Part shown: piece after piece, positions 12,419-24,499 of the stretch
Layout of the letters: the number at the start of each line of letters is the position of its first letter
How positions within the stretch are numbered: position 1 is the stretch's first letter
Assembly (NCBI RefSeq): GCF_001194135.2
Contig: NC_068990.1
Location: forward strand, 17,434,149-17,498,148
DNA from: Octopus bimaculoides
Lineage: Eukaryota
Direction of reading: 5' to 3'
DNA: 64,000 bases
Translations under genes and position numbers: made by a program
The notes under the pieces: generated by a model
Told to the model about the DNA's origin: nothing
Database searches by the model: none
What the model saw: the letters and a program-made list of their open reading frames with translations, nothing else

Positions 12419-13119
12419 GGTCAGTATTATAGAGTTTATTTAGAATGAGAAATTACATTTTAAACTATAAGAATCTTTGAAAAAGAACTTATGGAATTTA
12501 CAGGAAGGAAATGGCTTGTTTCTACAAACAATAGGATAGTTAAAACATATTAATAAAGGATAGGTCACAAGAATAAGTGCATGAATATGTATGTATGTAT
12601 GTGTGGGTGAGAAGGTGTGAGTGTGTGTGAAGTCTTACTGTCCCTTTCTTCTTGTTGTTGAAGGAGAGTGGAGTGTAAAGCTTTTTAGAAGACCCAAATA
12701 ATTGCATAAACATATCTAATAAAATGACACTAATCTTATATGGAGTGTATGACCAAACTATACTGGGTGCTTTGAATAGGAACAAATTGCTTTCAATGAA
12801 GCCAATCTATGTGGTTGCTCAACATATTAGAAATATGAACCAAATCACCTTCAAATATTACCACCCTATCATACTGGATTATGTATTGCTTGGTTTCCTG
12901 CTTATAGGGAAACAACAGGATAGTTGCAGTTGGTATATTTTTCTTATTATAGGTTGGTTAAGTCGGTTCAATCAGGTCTGACCTAGATCTAAACAGCAAC
13001 CAACAACAATTGCTCTGAATTCTTTGTATATAAAGATTTCACGATTAAATTTTTTTAAAAATCAAATTAAAATTCTCAACTTTTACCCTGCTGTTTAGTA
13101 ATTTAAACAAACAAAAAAT

Positions 13120-13166
<47 letters not shown>

Positions 13167-13984
13167 TTATTATTATTATTATTACTATTTCAACATTCTG
13201 AAATTCAAGTAGATTTATTAATTAAAGAAAATATTTCATAATTATTGATTATAATTAGTTTTATTATTAAACTGGTTATTTAGACTTTTTTTACTTTTTA
13301 AATGTGTGACTTAAATTTGTTTAATGTACATCAGCTGTTTTAGATTGGAAGTTGGATGTAAAATAACAATGATGATGAGGATGATGATGATGATGACGAC
13401 GATGCAGAAGAGGAGGAGGCTAAACTGCAGAAAATTATCAAATCTTTTTGACTTGACTCAGTAAGAAGTAAAAAAGATAGCATGGTTAGTTATCGGAATT
13501 ATATTTAAAATTTCAGTTTGTGCTTTTCAAATTTTTTTAAATATAATTTAATTATTTTCATAGTGCACCTAATTACATTTTGTTGCACACTTATGTATCC
13601 CAGCACATTCTTTTGGGGCCACTTTTCTGGGGGTTATAAACTCAGAACTGTTTTAGGGCAAAGCTTAAAATCATTCTCTTAAATTGAGTTAAAGAAGGGT
13701 TGGCTTTGGAATGGCTCTCAGTACTTCATGAGGAAGGGAAAAAGCACGGGATTGGGGACAAAATATGAGAAAAAAATTGAAATTCTATGAAAAAAATTCA
13801 GACCTGTAAGTGTGGCTGTGTAGAATAAGAAGCTTGCTTCCCAACCACATGGTTTCTGGTTCAGTCTCACTGCATGGCACCTTGGGCAAGCACCTTCTAC
13901 TATAGTCCTTGTGAATAGACTTGATAGAGAGCAATTCAAAGAAGCTCATCATATATGTATATCTACATGTGTGTGTGAGTGAAG

Positions 13985-14041
<57 letters not shown>

Positions 14042-14448
14042 TGTGTGTGTTTCCTTGTCTTAATATTACATGATAGTTATGAAAGCAGGGTGCTTTGTTT
14101 CCAATCTTCTGTGAAAACATTTGACCATGGGGAAATATTACTTTACTTGAAAACAGGTGAGGATTGGTGAGAGGAAGGGCACCTGAACAATAGAAAATCT
14201 GATTCAACAAATTCTGTCTGATCCATGCTAGCAAGGAAAAGTGGATGTTAAAGCAATAGCAGTGAAATACAGGAATACTAAAGATAAAAAAAGTCCCTCC
14301 AATTCCTTGTCATTTCCTTTCCCTATGAGGTAGTGGTAGCTATTCTAAAACTCCACAAAAGAACCTCCATCTTCTGGAAATGCCACGGGGTTGATAGAAC
14401 ATGGAGGGGAGCATCAGCCAAAAAGTCAAAAAGCTTTCCTTTTCTCAC

Positions 14449-14539
14449 CAGTAAACTCCACTCCTGAGGACTCTCCAGTACAACAAGCAATTAATAAGTA
14501 TCATGAGTAAATGATGTTCATCTCTTGTAACAAGATAAG
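14449..14539 (-). CDS. Candidate exon: YLVTRDEHHLLMILINCLLYWRVLRSGVY
   Basis: Acceptor aaatacttgtcag|, donor TG|gtgaga; 91 nt, single open frame, phase 1 to 2. Confidence 0.65.
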
Positions 14540-14799
14540 CTGACAAGTATTTCAATGGTTTATAATAACTCAATTGAAATTTAATAGTGTCGGCCTATGA
14601 GACAAATGAAGTGGGGCTAACATTTTGTTTAAAACAACCAGAAGTGAGCAATGCTCATAGCAAAGACATTCACTTAGCATTTAAAGAGTTTCAGTGCAGT
14701 TAACAATTTAAAAATCAAGGCTAGTACAGCTTTTTGCTTGTAAGGCAGACAAAATAACTACATAATTGATAATGTAAATATTTTAATAGATTATGAAGC

Positions 14800-15560
14800 T
14801 GATTGACTCTTTTTTAAAATCCTTCTACCGTCTTTACGAAAAACTTTACTATCCCTAATATTTATAGTGGATTACATCCAAGTGCTGAGTGAATGTCTTT
14901 TCAGTGGGCACAGCGCAGTTCTGATTGTTTCAAGCAAGATGTTAAATCACCTCCACTGATTGTTCAGTAGGTTGACACTGTCAGACTTGTGAGAGGATTT
15001 TCAAATTTTCTATGTTGATGTAGTTCTTGCAAAATCATAACAAAAACCACATTAATTTTCTGTGAGAAGCCTTTCAAAAATTTTCCCAGTAGAATTGATT
15101 GTCAAATGCACTCTTCTAATGTGCCACGATTCCAAGTAGACACAACATAAAGAGATGCTTCTTGTGTCTTAAGACACATATTGCTGAAGACTTGCTGTTC
15201 AGATAGCATTCTTCCTTGGTTGTATTTCTGCCTGGAAAACATCATCTTGTCAATATTGACAGTTTGGTCAGGACCACCAATCCTCTGCACATATTTCATA
15301 AATAATTGCTGTAATTAAAGTCAAACACTGCTGATTCCTAACTCCTCCACACAAAAACAAATTGTGGTCAGTTCTTTCACCAAGAAATACAAAAAAAAAC
15401 AGAGCCATAGTCCTTAAAAAGAAGAGTTGCCCTCTTCCAACCCTGTGCTTTTTCTCACAGAGACAGACTCAGGACATTAACTCTAGCTACATCTCTAATA
15501 AACACAGCCATGGTGTGTGTCGTTTCATGTTCATAAAATGTTCCCTCCTATACATCCTCT
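14800..15560 (-). mobile_element. Decayed Merlin (IS1016/ISXO2-like DDE) transposase remnant
   Basis: RIGGPDQTVNIDKMMFSRQKYNQGRMLSEQQVF resembles the Merlin pattern KIGG-G--VEIDES-F--RKY-RGR-----WVFG; an upstream VSVRKST resembles SIRKGS; frameshifts and stops elsewhere. Confidence 0.75.
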
Positions 15561-17422
15561 TAGGTATAACACCCTTCTCTTGAAAAAAAAAAAAAGAAAA
15601 ACTTTGCTGCGTATTTCCCCACATTAATACTTTCTGACAAATTCACAAAATTCAATGTTGAAGAGCTCATTCTGTATTAAAAAAAAAAAGACTAACAATT
15701 TTGTATCTAAGGCAAAAGCAAATAAATATGGTTTCCCAAAAATCTTGGCTGCAAACATGAAACATGCGACAGGTGGATAATAACCAACGACATATGGATA
15801 AAGCAGATGACAAATGGCTAACACCAGGCAATAATGTTAATAGCCAGACACAGACAATAACGTTGTTCCCATGTTAATCTATAGTGACTGGTCAACATAC
15901 CTATCATGTGAGTGTTTGGACATTTGTTGAGTTCTGAGTTGTGATTGGTTGAGTGTTGCATGGGAATTGGATCAAAGGTCCAATCATGTTGCATGTAATA
16001 TATTCTCAAACAACTAATCCATATGTGCTTTGGAGCCTCCTTTTTCCCATAAATTGTTCAACAAATTATTTACTAGTCAGAGGGGTGAGAGCTTTTCATC
16101 AGGGCGAGTTACATAGAACCCGGTGTTTTACAGAAGAGAGTTAATATAATGGACCCCATGCAACCAATGACGACCCAAGCTGAATTATCCAAATGACAGA
16201 TGAACAACCACCAGAATTCACAATGCTTCTTGCTTTGATCCACTGTATCACTTTATGAAGGAATAAAGTCTCTCTGTTATTTCAAAGTTTGCTTCTTTTG
16301 TTACTTCCACAAATGAACATGCAACATATATTGTATAATGATATACATGATTCTTTAGTAAAATTAAGGAAGACTTTAGGCAAACATTAAAAGTCAATGA
16401 AATAAGTTCCTACATGGCTGCTCATGATAGAAATAACTGCCAAATCACCTTCAAATTATATTGTATAATACCGCTTAACAATCTCCCCTCCCACCCACAA
16501 AAAAACACTGTGCACAGTGCTGTTCAAGATTCATTATGCATGGAAAAAGTTGAGATGGTCATGACTAGAATGCCTTCGATTGTTGTTAGGACAGGCCTAT
16601 GGCAAAACATCAATTAGATAAATATGGCACAAGTGTGGGTGTGTGGTTGGAAAGTTCGCTTCCCAACCACACAGTTCCGAGTTCATCCCATTGCATAACA
16701 TTTTGGGCAAGTCTTTTCTACTATAGCTTTGGGCTGACGAAAGCCTTATGAGTGGATTTGGTAAACGGAAACTGAAAGAAGCCCGTTGTATGTGTGTGTG
16801 TGTGATTGTTCCCTATCACTGCTTGATAACCCATATTAGTTTCTTTACATTCCTGAAACTTAGTGGTTCAACAAAATAATCAATACAAGGCTTAAGTAAA
16901 ATACTGGGGTCCCTTCAAATACTGGCCGCAGTCTAATGACTGAAACGAATACAAGATATAAATAAATAAATAAACTACCATTTATATTTCCGTACTGACT
17001 TGACCCAAATACCTGATTCTTTTTTTTTCCTTTTTTTATTCCAGATGACTGGTTTAAGGGAGTCGTTAATAATATAAAACCGTTGTGATGGTATTAGTCA
17101 AGGTTCTCTTAATGCAATCTATCATATGACGAGAATGTGTATGAGGAGGTACATGTTGCACTGTTTGCTGTTTAATATTACGCCATGAAATTACACTGAA
17201 TGAATAATAATAATTAGCAGTGCCTAATTATCTAAGATTAATTTATAAGGCCATTATGGACTTTTATGGACAACACCTGTTTTAAGTCAAGCGGCGTGAG
17301 GGAGAGTAGGAGGAGGTAAGATGAATATTAGAAAGAGAGAGAGAGAGACGTACAACGGAGATAGAGACAGACTGACAGATATGAAGAAAATAAATAGCAG
17401 AAATAGAGAGAAAGACAAATAT

Positions 17423-17463
<41 letters not shown>

Positions 17464-19394
17464 GGTAGAGAGAGATTGTCAAGCAGAGAAAGAGATGAAT
17501 AAATAGATATGAGAAAAGTAGAGAGAGAAAGAGAGGGACAGACATAAAGAGAGAAGGGAAGAAAGAAACGAAAGGGACAGACAGAGAAGAAAAACAGAAA
17601 AAATAAAAAGAGAAATAGTTGGGAGAGAGAGGGAGGGAAAAGCAGAGATGCTTGCAGACAGATATATAGCAAAAGAAAATTGTTTATGCACGCATTTATT
17701 TATATAATGTACACACATGAACAAGCGCATAGAAACACACACAAGTATGTATCTTGAGTATATCTATTTTCCTTTTTGGACAAGTAGTTGTTCTTTCCTT
17801 GAATTAATTTTCATACAGAAAATACAAATTATAACACAGCTTTTTTTTAGACTAAGGAACCGGCATTTTTGTTGTTTTAATTTGTGCATTTTATTTTTCA
17901 TGCAACTGTTTAATTGGTCAATGAGTAAATTGATTGTTAATTAACCAAGAGATTATTCGTGACAAACATGTAATCCAGCAAGAGAGAAATCAACCGAGAA
18001 AATTCCTTTCTTTCTTTCTTTCTTTCGAAAGCTGTAGCTTTCATTTATGTAAGCGACCCAGTAAAAACCAAATCAAAGCGAGGAGTCTCTATGTGACATG
18101 CTAGAAATAGCGGCAAAAACTCACTTGAACCACATCCTAACATCTTTTTAAAAAACATCAAGAACACATTGTATAATTTAGTTTCAGATATATGAATGAT
18201 ATAATGTATCATAGAACACATCTATAGGTTGTTTTAGCCAACATTGTGCATTTACAATCATCAGAACACAATTAGCTGAAACAAACCCAATGTATATATG
18301 TTCTGTAATGCATTATAGCAATGAAATAAAACATTATCACAACACCAATAATTTAATGTTTGATCGAACAGAAAAAAAAATTGGTCAATCCAGTTCACTT
18401 TTACACTCAATATGAATGGGTTGATAAGCAATCTGTTTGTGAATTAGTGAAGAAGGTATAAAGTTGCTGATAACAATTCCAACAAGAATCGAAATGGGTG
18501 TATAACTGTTCCTTCTTTGACTCTTGTCTTAACACACAATGTTGGCTAAACACTCCACACACCCCAAATCCCTATACATATGTTCCATAGTGCATTTTGT
18601 AGCCACGAAAGAAAACATCTGATGCTTGGGAGTTACTGTTTTGGCTGTCAGCTGTGATAGCTGGTTGATAAAGTTGTTTCTTGGGCTGCGTGAAGAAGTA
18701 ACTGAACAATGCTCACAAACATTTAACAAAGACTTCTATTATTGCACATAAAGACAACTACATACTGGGAGAAATGTAGTACTTGGAGTTTACAGTAAGC
18801 TATTGATACGGCAACATGTGGCTTGCCCAACATCACTGGAAACAACTGTGTTTTATTCATGATGATGGAAACACATGTCACTTGACTGTCTCAACATTCT
18901 GCAATTAATTACCACCAAAAGTGGTCTTTTATAGTGCACAAGAAGATTCTAGAAGATTGAATCATGTGATGTCTTGATGCTGATTGGTTACATTATAGAC
19001 TGATCACATGAAACTATTGTGGCTTGGTCATGATGACCGAGCGGTTATCCAGAGATTCGATTTCAAATCCCTGTTACACACAAACTCACTAGTAATTTGA
19101 TATGAACCTTATGTCTGAAAGATAAAACAAGATGGCCATGATTTTGATGTAAGTAAGTCCCCTTGATCAGGATTGATCTGGGAGTTAAACAACAACAACT
19201 TGTACAATGAATTAATGATGGAGTATCAATATGATTGATCCACATGCTAGAAATAGCAGCCAAATCTCCCTCAAATTAAACCCAACCATCAGGCAATGGG
19301 AGACGCTCCTTGGCTCATGTAGTTTTTTGTATGTAATATCCAAGAGAAGGACAGGACAGCCATATATGGAATGTCTTTAACGATGATCAGAACA

Positions 19395-20532
19395 ATCATC
19401 ATCATCATCATCGTTTAACGTCCACTTTCCATGCTAGCATGGGTTGGACGATTTGACTGAGGACTGGTGAAACCGGATGGCAACACCAGGCTCCAGTCTG
19501 ATTTGGCAGAGTTTCTACAGCTGGATGCCCTTCCTAACGCCAACCACTCAGAGAGTGTAGTGGGTGCTTTTACGTGTCACCTGCACGAAAACGGCCACGC
19601 TCGAAATGGTGTCTTTTATGTGCCNNNNNNNNNNNNNNNNNNNNNNNNNNNNNNNNNNNNNNNNNNNNNNNNNNNNNNNNNNNNNNNNNNNNNNNNNNNN
19701 NNNNNNNNNNNNNNNNNNNNNNNNNNNNNNNNNNNNNNNNNNNNNNNNNNNNNNNNNNNNNNNNNNNNNNNNNNNNNNNNNNNNNNNNNNNNNNNNNNNN
19801 NNNNNNNNNNNNNNNNNNNNNNNNNNNNNNNNNNNNNNNNNNNNNNNNNNNNNNNNNNNNNNNNNNNNNNNNNNNNNNNNNNNNNNNNNNNNNNNNNNNN
19901 NNNNNNNNNNNNNNNNNNNNNNNNNNNNNNNNNNNNNNNNNNNNNNNNNNNNNNNNNNNNNNNNNNNNNNNNNNNNNNNNNNNNNNNNNNNNNNNNNNNN
20001 NNNNNNNNNNNNNNNNNNNNNNNNNNNNNNNNNNNNNNNNNNNNNNNNNNNNNNNNNNNNNNNNNNNNNNNNNNNNNNNNNNNNNNNNNNNNNNNNNNNN
20101 NNNNNNNNNNNNNNNNNNNNNNNNNNNNNNNNNNNNNNNNNNNNNNNNNNNNNNNNNNNNNNNNNNNNNNNNNNNNNNNNNNNNNNNNNNNNNNNNNNAG
20201 ATACTTACACTCTGACGGGTATTCACATTGACATTACACATCCAACGGAGCATACTGGCTTCATTCCTTGCGAGCTTACGTATGTCCTCAGCAGTTACAG
20301 CCCATGTTTCACTGCCATGTAGCATGGTTGTTCGTACGCATGCGTCATACAGTCTGCCTTTTACTCTGAGTGAGAGTCCCTTTGTCGCCAGCAGGGGTAA
20401 GAGCTCTCTAAACTTTGCCCAGGCTATTCTTATTCTAGCAGCTACACTTTCAGCGCACCCACCCCCACTACTAACTTGATCGCCCAGATAGCGGAAGCTA
20501 TCGACTACCTCTAGTTTTTCACCCTGGAATGA
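19395..20532 (-). mobile_element. Young 5'-truncated RTE-clade LINE (RT C-terminus, 3' UTR, (GAT)n tail), split by an N gap
   Basis: 20529-20200 translates without stops as QGEKLEVVDSFRYLGDQVSSGGGCAESVAARIRIAWAKFRELLPLLATKGLSLRVKGRLYDACVRTTMLHGSETWAVTAEDIRKLARNEASMLRWMCNV, typical of RTE (YLG, LHGSETW, MLRWMC). The 3' end and microsatellite tail are at 19395-19624. Confidence 0.9.
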
Positions 20533-20921
20533 GATATAGTTAAATAATGATTACTTACACAGGTACAAGACCAAACAAATTTTAGTTTTGGGTAATTGAT
20601 TTAATTGACTCCAGCATTTGATTAACATGTTATTCCATTGACCCTGGTAAAAACTGAAAGGCAAGGTTGAACTCTGCAAAATTTGAACACAAAAGGTAAC
20701 AATCCAAAACAAATACTGCAAGACATTTTTGTCCAATGCTCTAACAGTTCTACCAATCCCTCACCCTAACCTGGAGCTAAATAAAAAAAAAAAAAAAACT
20801 TATACAAGTAAATTAATTGTAATTTCAGAATGAATTTTCCAATGCTAATTTGAGCCAGCAATTTCCAAGTACATATCACACACACACACACACACACACA
20901 CATTACACATCACACCATTAC

Positions 20922-20961
20922 CTGTTGACAAACGTTCAATGAGCATTAAATGATTAAGAAA
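20922..20961 (-). CDS. Candidate exon: FLNHLMLIERLST
   Basis: Acceptor tgtatttatag|, donor CAG|gtaatg; 40 nt, single open frame, phase 0 to 1, compatible with exon 14539 (G+CT = Ala). Confidence 0.6.
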
Positions 20962-21614
20962 CTATAAATACAGTCAAATGTTTTAACAAGTTACCATACC
21001 ATGTTATCATGCCGGGAGCTAAAAAGTCTATCATAATATAGTGCAAGGAAATGGATTGCTATAAGGAATTTTAATGCAAAAGAGCTGGAGTCTGTGTGTG
21101 AGTGATGGACGTGAACGAGTGAGTGAATACAAGTCAGTAAAGGAGAATGCAAAAGTGACTGGGTGCAAGTGAGCAAGGGGTGAATATATGCGAGTGAATG
21201 AGTACAAGTGAATGTGATTGAATGAATGTAAATGAATATGAATGAAAAAGTTATTGGGAGCTGAACAAATTTACATAATTAAGGTGCAGACATGGTTGCA
21301 TGATTAAAAAGTTTACTTCCCCAACCACATGGTTCTGGGTTCAGTCCCACTGTGTGGCACCTTGGGTAAGTACTTTCTACTAAAGCCTTGGGCTAACCAA
21401 AGCCTTGTGAATGGATTTGGCAGATGGAAACTAAAAGAATCCTGTCATATATATATATATTGTTGACAACTTTACCTGTAAACAAATGAAGTTCTTAAGG
21501 TAATCGTTTATTCTTTTGTCATCTCATTTTCTTATATATATATATATATATATATATCGTGAGTAAATCTTAAATCTGAAAAAGAAGCACACACTAAGTT
21601 ATAGTCTGATATAG

Positions 21615-21812
21615 TATAAAGATAGATAAGGCTGGTCTATGGTATTACCCCGGGTTTCACGTTTATAAAGCACTTAGCTCTGTAGCAAGTAGACTTGCTA
21701 CAGAGGCCATGTGCCAACAGGCTTTGGGGTCTGATGATACGCTGTAAAGCCAATCACTTTATGGGTGTGAACCCAGGGTAATCCCATAGACCGGCCTTAT
21801 CTACCTTTTTAT
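21615..21812. mobile_element. MITE-like element with about 45-bp TIRs and a perfect internal hairpin, in TA repeats
   Basis: gatagataaggctggtctatggtattaccccgggtttcac is complementary to gtgaacccagggtaatcccatagaccggccttatctacc; 13-bp perfect stem at 21678-21705. Confidence 0.75.
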
Positions 21813-22016
21813 ATATATATATATCTGTGTGTGTGTTGTCTCTCTCCACTGCTTAACTTAGTGGTTTGGCAAAATACACTGCTAGAATAAGTACCAAGTT
21901 TTAAAAAATAAGTCCTGGGGTCAAGTCGTTTGGCTAAATTTCTTCAAGATGTTGCCCCAGCATGGTCACAATCTAATGACTGAAACAAGTAGAAGCTAAA
22001 AATTTAAGGTGCAGAC

Positions 22017-22960
22017 CTAGGGCAAAACCTCCTTGGACAAAACACCCTTAGATAAAGTGTGAAAGTGGACAAAACCCCCTTTGTTATATTTTTCCATTAT
22101 TTTTCGTTTTTTTCCTCTTTTATTTGTTTCAGTGATTTAGACTGTGGCCATGCTGGGGCACCACCTTGAAGAATTTTTAGTTGAATGTATCAACCCCAGA
22201 ATTTTTTTAGGTGATTTTCAACCAACACATGAAATCAAACCTAGAAGGTTTCTCCACATGCTAGAAATAACAGCCGAATCTCTTGAATTTATTTTCATAA
22301 TTTCACATAAACAAAAATGGAAATTGCAGTTTTAAAAAAACTTTAATTTTACCAAAATTTCAATTTTTAAATAAACAAAAATATATTCAATCAAAAATAA
22401 ATAAGTAGAATAGAATAACAGAACACAAGACTCTTTACTACTCAATGTATATATTGTCTGAATTCTAATGAAAGGAACGGCATTTCTTCAAAAAAAATGT
22501 GTAGAAAGATAGAAACGATGAGAAATACGTTTGAATGACTAGCCTTCGGTGCCATAATTATGTTAGACCTTCATCAGCCAGAGAAAGTTCAAAAGGTCAG
22601 CTCATTCTAATTAATCTCTAAGTGCAGAGAGAAGAAAACAAGACTTTAAATGTAAATTTTAAAATGCTGATTTTTTTACGACTAAAAATTCTTCAAGACG
22701 GTGCCCCAGCATGGCCGCAGTCTAATGAAAATAAAAAAATTCTGGGGTCGATACAGTCAACTAAAAATTCCTCAAGGCAGTGCCCCAGCATGGCCACAGT
22801 CTAATAACTGAAACAAGTAAGAAAATAAGAAAAAATGAAATAGAACCCCAAAATATAATTGATGGAGTTTTGACCGCTTTCACACTTTAACTAAGGAGGT
22901 TTTGTCTGAGGGGGTTTTGTCCCAGGAGGGTTTTGTCCTAGGGAGGTTTTATCCGGATCC
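22017..22960. mobile_element. Non-autonomous DNA-transposon-like element with long composite inverted repeats
   Basis: Arms 22017-22095 and 22852-22960 are inverted copies made of ggacaaaacc(c/t)cc units plus ttag(a/t)taaagtgtgaaag(t/c)gg. Confidence 0.65.
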
Positions 22961-23533
22961 CAGAAAATATAGTCCTAGATACAGTATACTTAGACAGGGT
23001 GACTTGGTCATAGAAGGATCATCTTTGATCCTGCTATGATTCATCTACTTTATCAGAACAGATTTAGGATTAAACAACAACAATTATGTGTCATACAACC
23101 TATTCCACTCTAAGGAATAAATTTCTCACCCCTTATAGCCTATCTCTGTTGTCCAGCCTACACTCAACTCAGACCTCACTCACCAAGATGGTGTCTGTAC
23201 ATATATAAAATTTCACTCTTCCATTACTCAGCCCTTTCACTTGGATATTAGCAACAAAAACTTCCATTTACTCTGACTCACTTTCCACTTTCCTTAGGCT
23301 TTGAAATACAACTGTTTCATCTCTCATTCTCCAGACTCATCCAGATATCAACAACAGTTTTCAGCCATGTCTTTCCCAGCATTGAGGTCATCTCTGAAGT
23401 CATCACCCTCATTGACTACAATATTCATTACTCTTCTTGGTTCTCCTACTCATCACCTCCCCACACACACATTTATAATATGTGTGTGCATATGTACTAC
23501 AAATGTGTGTGTGTGGAAGCGATGAGATATATA

Positions 23534-23847
23534 CAGTGGCAGACTGGCCAGGTTGTCAGCTTGCCTGATGGCAAGTGGGCCCCTGCGCCATTAGAATCCA
23601 TATATGGGGACCCGTGTTAGTATCTAAGGGGCCCATCCACTCAAGTTTGAGAATTTTTTATTCACCCCTGGAAGAATGCATTAATTATTTCAGCTTGGCT
23701 GTGTTTGTTGACAGTTGAAAAGAATACCTTTTACAAAAAAAATAGATTAAATGATAGCATTGTAGTTGTGGGTGGGCCTCTTTGTAGTTGCAGGTGGGCC
23801 CCCTTAGTTTACTGGCAACCAATATTTTTAGACCCAGTCCACCACTG
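23534..23847. mobile_element. hAT-type MITE, 314 bp, with 8-bp TSD
   Basis: TIRs cagtggcagactgg / ccagtccaccactg; identical flanks gatatata at 23526-23533 and 23848-23855. Confidence 0.85.
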
Positions 23848-23984
23848 GATATATATGTATATACATGTATTCATATATTTATACACACACACACATATAC
23901 ATATATAAAGAAAACTTAATTTTTTAACATTAAGTATACACCTTCCTATTAAACAATGTGAAAAATATTGATAAGTACATTTTT

Positions 23985-24017
<33 letters not shown>

Positions 24018-24231
24018 TGATTATGTAGGTGTTATAGGTTAAGTGTATTAGGCCATTGAGGGCTAAGAGCTTTGACCACAGAATGGATGCCAACCAGTTT
24101 TCTATTTTGCTTAGCCTTTCACGTCCTCCACTTTCAGTATTCTATATTTTGCTAAGACAAAATCATATCTGTCAAAAACATCAGCATTATTCACTTCAAA
24201 GTATGCATTAAATCATAGGTTAAAATCTTAC

Positions 24232-24276
24232 AGTGGTATTTAAATCTTAAGTTCTCATTCATATAAATCACTTTTC
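24232..24276 (-). CDS. Possible exon: KVIYMNENLRFKYH
   Basis: Acceptor tatatttctcag|, donor T|gtaaga; 45 nt open in phase 1 to 1; not phase-linked to the neighbouring candidates. Confidence 0.35.
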
Positions 24277-24499
24277 CTGAGAAATATATAATTGTACTGG
24301 CAAGAGAGAAGTATGTATGATATGTAAGTATGGACTTTTAAAGAGGCCAAAACTGTTAGTGGATATCAAGGAAATCAACCAATCACATGACACTAGTGAG
24401 AAGAACAGATGGTAAGTCAAGCTTTGCAATCAACACTAGAAGTAAAATAGAATAAATAAACAAAAGAAAGAATAAAAGAAAAGAAATGGCTCACATTTC

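Noticed and set aside
13370-13450. Acidic D/E-rich reading suggestive of an exon
   Set aside because: Bounded by in-frame stops and derived from a (GAT)n RTE-type tail.
14326-14347. let-7-like start tgaggtagtggtagctattcta
   Set aside because: Only the first 9 nt match let-7, and I could not form a convincing precursor hairpin with the flanks; probably chance.
21725-21755. ctgatga-tac-gct-gta inside the MITE, resembling a hammerhead half
   Set aside because: No GAAA follows stem II and there is no stem I or III.
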